A DNA stretch of 63,935 bases, the filler included, from Octopus bimaculoides (Eukaryota): the NCBI RefSeq assembly GCF_001194135.2. It is 4 parts of 4 records of this genome, joined end to end, with 100 filler letters (N's around TTAATTAATTAA, not from the genome) between each part and the next. Parts side by side here need not be neighbours in the genome. Positions count along the whole stretch, not along the records: positions 62,620 to 63,935 come from NW_026345559.1; 3 more parts are not named here. One strand, written 5' to 3'. This document shows positions 63,625 through 63,935 of this stretch, one piece after another. A program made the translations under genes and the position numbers. How positions within the stretch are numbered: the stretch's first letter is position 1; each line of letters begins with the position of its first letter. Below the pieces are notes generated by a model. It worked only from the letters and a program-made list of their open reading frames with translations. It did not search any database and was not told where the DNA came from.

Positions 63625-63935
63625 GTATGGTTGAAGCTGGAAGCCAAACTTGAAATTGATCACATTTATGTTATAAATTTCCTTGAGCAAAGTGAACAGA
63701 GGTTACTGAACAAATGCAAAAAAAGTCAATTTAATATGTGTTATGTTACTGTTACAAATTGTTAACACTACTCTGTGTTTAAGCAAGTGTCCAACCAGAT
63801 AAACAAAATATGCTGCTTTCTAGCAACTTGCTTTCAGACGAGCAAGTATTTTTATTCAAACATTAAACCATAACAGTATCCAAATATATAACACTGTACC
63901 AAGGACTTTCTAGTCCTTTCTAATATATATATATA

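Overview
AT-rich, microsatellite-saturated animal genomic DNA from a gappy draft assembly. The SINE and LINE complement points to an octopod cephalopod, probably Octopus (inference from repeat families recalled from memory, not from a search). Almost all ORF-track entries are artefacts of simple repeats or N runs. I cannot name any host protein-coding gene. Supported content: (i) dozens of tRNA-derived SINE copies in about five families; (ii) decayed non-LTR retrotransposon fragments (four RLE-type Dong/R4-like pieces, an RTE endonuclease, a CR1/Jockey-like RT, an L1/Tx1-like 3' end); (iii) non-autonomous DNA transposons (mariner-like, pogo/Tc1-like, piggyBac-like, a foldback); (iv) three artificial TTAATTAATTAA scaffold linkers. 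The best leads are a minimal type I hammerhead ribozyme motif at 48.46-48.55 kb plus more decayed relatives, and an ETS+YY1 promoter with an ATG first exon at 32.2 kb (minus strand). Others are a sharp CpG-decay boundary at about 46.8 kb, a GC-rich captured segment inside a SINE at 59.4-59.7 kb, a triple tRNA-head array at 3.65-3.94 kb and a 39-bp hairpin minisatellite at 60.9-61.3 kb. Candidate small exons are listed at low confidence. Repeat boundaries are approximate (about +/-20 bp). I found no convincing complete novel multi-gene system.
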